This document shows positions 61,783 through 64,000 of a stretch of 64,000 nt of DNA, piece by piece. Under the pieces are notes generated by a model, which worked only from the letters and a program-made list of their open reading frames with translations, ran no database searches and was not told the origin of the DNA. Made by a program: the position numbers and the translations under genes. The stretch is from Azolla caroliniana (Eukaryota > Plantae > Polypodiophyta), in contig JBHGNT010000005.1 in the NCBI GenBank assembly GCA_043228905.1, forward strand, positions 14,818,001 to 14,882,000, given 5' to 3'. Within the stretch, counting starts at the first letter, position 1. Every line of letters starts with the position of its first letter.

Positions 61783-63800
61783 TTATTTTTTTCTGGATCT
61801 TGTAATGTGCCTATTTTTGGAAGCATTCTTCTCAGATTTCACACCCTTCTTCAACTTAAAGCCACAAGGTAGTAAACTATTGAGTGACAATTCATCATCG
61901 GAGGGGGAAGCCAAGATTGGGGGAACAGTGTGCTCTATTGCAACTGCCTAAGATGCACACACTTCCAAGGAGATGTGGTCGATAGTCTTGCCATTAATCT
62001 CTTGGAAGTCATTGGACACCTCATTCTTCAATTTTCCCGGCTCCTCTTCATGGGTAGAACCGGTGTTCTGCACTAACACTTTACAAACATGTTCCTCTTC
62101 TAGGGTTGTTGTCTTCATTGCAAACTCCTCGTTGATGATGCTAGACACTTGGTTCTTTCTACAATCTTGCTCCAAGTGCAGGCTACTTGCAGTGTTTTGG
62201 TAAGACACCTCATTCATAGTACCACCCTGTTCTTCTTCTTGGGTGGTTGCTACAATCTCCTTAACGATACAATCTTGCCCTAGGTTAAGGCTACTTGCAG
62301 TGTTTTGGACACACACCTCATTTTTTGTACAACCATGATCCTTTCCTTGGGTCAAATTCACATTCCCTACAGACTCCTCGTATAAGTTGCTTGTCACCTC
62401 ACCTCATTTTGTGTGCACTCCCGCTCCTCTTTTTGGGTGATTTCACATTCCTCATGTGTAATAGCATTTGAGCCTGAATAATCAAGATTGCTCCATAAAC
62501 TGCTTGAATCATCTGATGGTATTTGGGAATCTCCATGTTCTTCTACTCCTAAATAAAATAGAGGGATACAAGAACAATATCAAGCCACATTCTGAAAAAG
62601 TGAAGGCACCTCGCCAAATGTTTAAGGTTAATGGACAAATGTTTACCTACTGTTACATCTTCATCCTGATCTTTTGTAGACGAGTCTTTGCAGATGATAA
62701 GAGTACATATTTTAACATGAGTCCAATATTACAAATATTATTAGTACTGAATCAAGTGGACATTTAAGACCTTCAATATTAAATAATCAGTACTGATTCA
62801 ACTAATCACGAAGGAATACATTATAATCAGTAATCAGTAATATTAGTACTAAATAGCCAAGACCTTCATGTGGTGTTGTTCGGTCATGCAGAGCCTAAGT
62901 CAAGTGGACACAAAACGTACAATGTAATGAACAATTTAGTACTAATACAAGTAGTCTAGTGGACAATTAAGACCTTCAGTACTAAATAATCAATACTTAA
63001 TCAATTGATCACCAAAAAATACAATGTAATCAGTATTGTTAGTACTTTCAACAAAAAAAGGACTTGAGGGCACAATACTGAACCATCTGGACACAAAAAG
63101 TCGATATTTCATGTGGTAATGAACAATATTAGTACTAAACAACCAAGACCTTCATGTGGTGTTGTTCGGTCATGTGGAGCCTAAGTCAAGTGGACACAAA
63201 ATGTACAATGTAAGGAACAATTTAGTACTAATACAAGTAGTCCAGTGGACAATTAAAACCTTCAGTACTTAATCAACTGGTCACCAAGAAATACAATGTA
63301 ATCAGTATTGTTAGTACTTAATCAAAAAAAAAGGGACTTGAGGGCACAGTATTGAACCATCTGGACACAAAAAGTCGATATTTCATGTGGTAATGAACAA
63401 TGTTAGTACTAAACATCCAAGACCTTCATGCCTATTTGTTCGGTCATGCAAAGCCTAAGTCAAGTGGACACAAAAAGTACAATGTAATCAGTAATGTTAG
63501 TACTGAATCATGAATAAAGGATCTTGAGGGAACAATACTCATAGGTATAAGAACATAACCAAAAGTAAAATTATAAAATCATAGTATAAAAATTGCATAA
63601 TGCTTAATCACATACGATAGGAGTGTACTTTCAAACCCCGAGCCAAGTACCATTCGGCTCCAACTATACTTTTACAGTCCAAACATATATTTTCTTTCTC
63701 AAAATGGTACTTAACGCATAACAAATTATATGTGTGCAAGCATGGTGTAATGATAGCATCCATAGCCTCAAGCTTGAATCCAAGGTCACAGAATAAACAC
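61783..63800 (-). pseudogene. Spliced RING-finger gene remnant (exons ~63800-63616, 62685-62647, 62548-61783); 5' part probably outside window
   Basis: CLFCDLGFKLEAMDAIITPCLHTYNLLCVKYHFEKENICLDC has RING spacing. GT..AG introns join exons in phase 1. E-rich repeated C-terminus. 5-bp duplication frameshift at 62396-62405 and TAG at 61950-61948. Confidence 0.65.
62750..63540. repeat. Intronic tandem repeat, ~280-bp unit, ~3 copies
   Basis: CCAAGACCTTCATG..TTGTTCGGTCATG..AGCCTAAGTCAAGTGGACACAAAA at ~62857, 63143 and 63417. Many AGTACT sites. Confidence 0.85.
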
Positions 63801-64000
63801 CTTCACTAACGAGACACAACATACACTATATTAGCACCAATGATATTTTATACCATAGAAGTTCAAAAAAGAAAAATATAAACCATTATCGTGATATAGT
63901 AATACTTGTCATTGTACTTTCCATCCAAGCAGGGTGCTCAACTATGTCTGGACATAGAGTATCTAAACCTTTACCTTTTAGACCCTTCATCAAACATGCA

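Overview
Eukaryotic, almost certainly land-plant heterochromatin. A seed-free plant such as a fern is my inference from the TE families. The window is nearly all nested transposable elements and has no intact host gene. (1) 3.8-21.8 kb is a four-level nest of tRNA-Trp-primed Ty3/Gypsy elements: C contains tandem A, which contains Gag-only B and a solo LTR. The nest sits inside a Copia fragment. (2) 22-45.5 kb holds four related Ty1/Copia copies, an L1 LINE 3' end, a full-length hAT element, a 4-bp-TSD MITE and a Gypsy gag fragment. (3) 45.5-48 kb is TACA-type low-complexity DNA with a hAT MITE. (4) 48-60.9 kb is a Sola-like/DUF7869-type transposase remnant followed by Copia J, whose LTR is itself interrupted by Copia K. 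(5) 61.8-63.8 kb is a spliced RING-finger pseudogene on the minus strand. The most notable unannotated structure is in the Trp-primed Gypsy system. It has a conserved G-GAU-UUU slippery site plus H-type pseudoknot placed between protease and RT, an antisense tRNA-like A/B-box cassette in every sufficiently complete LTR, and covarying leader hairpins. It also shows 4-bp ACG-type target sites, a young Gag-only satellite element, and a CCGG-rich U3 module shared with an unrelated Copia LTR. All calls come from manual reading; no searches were run.
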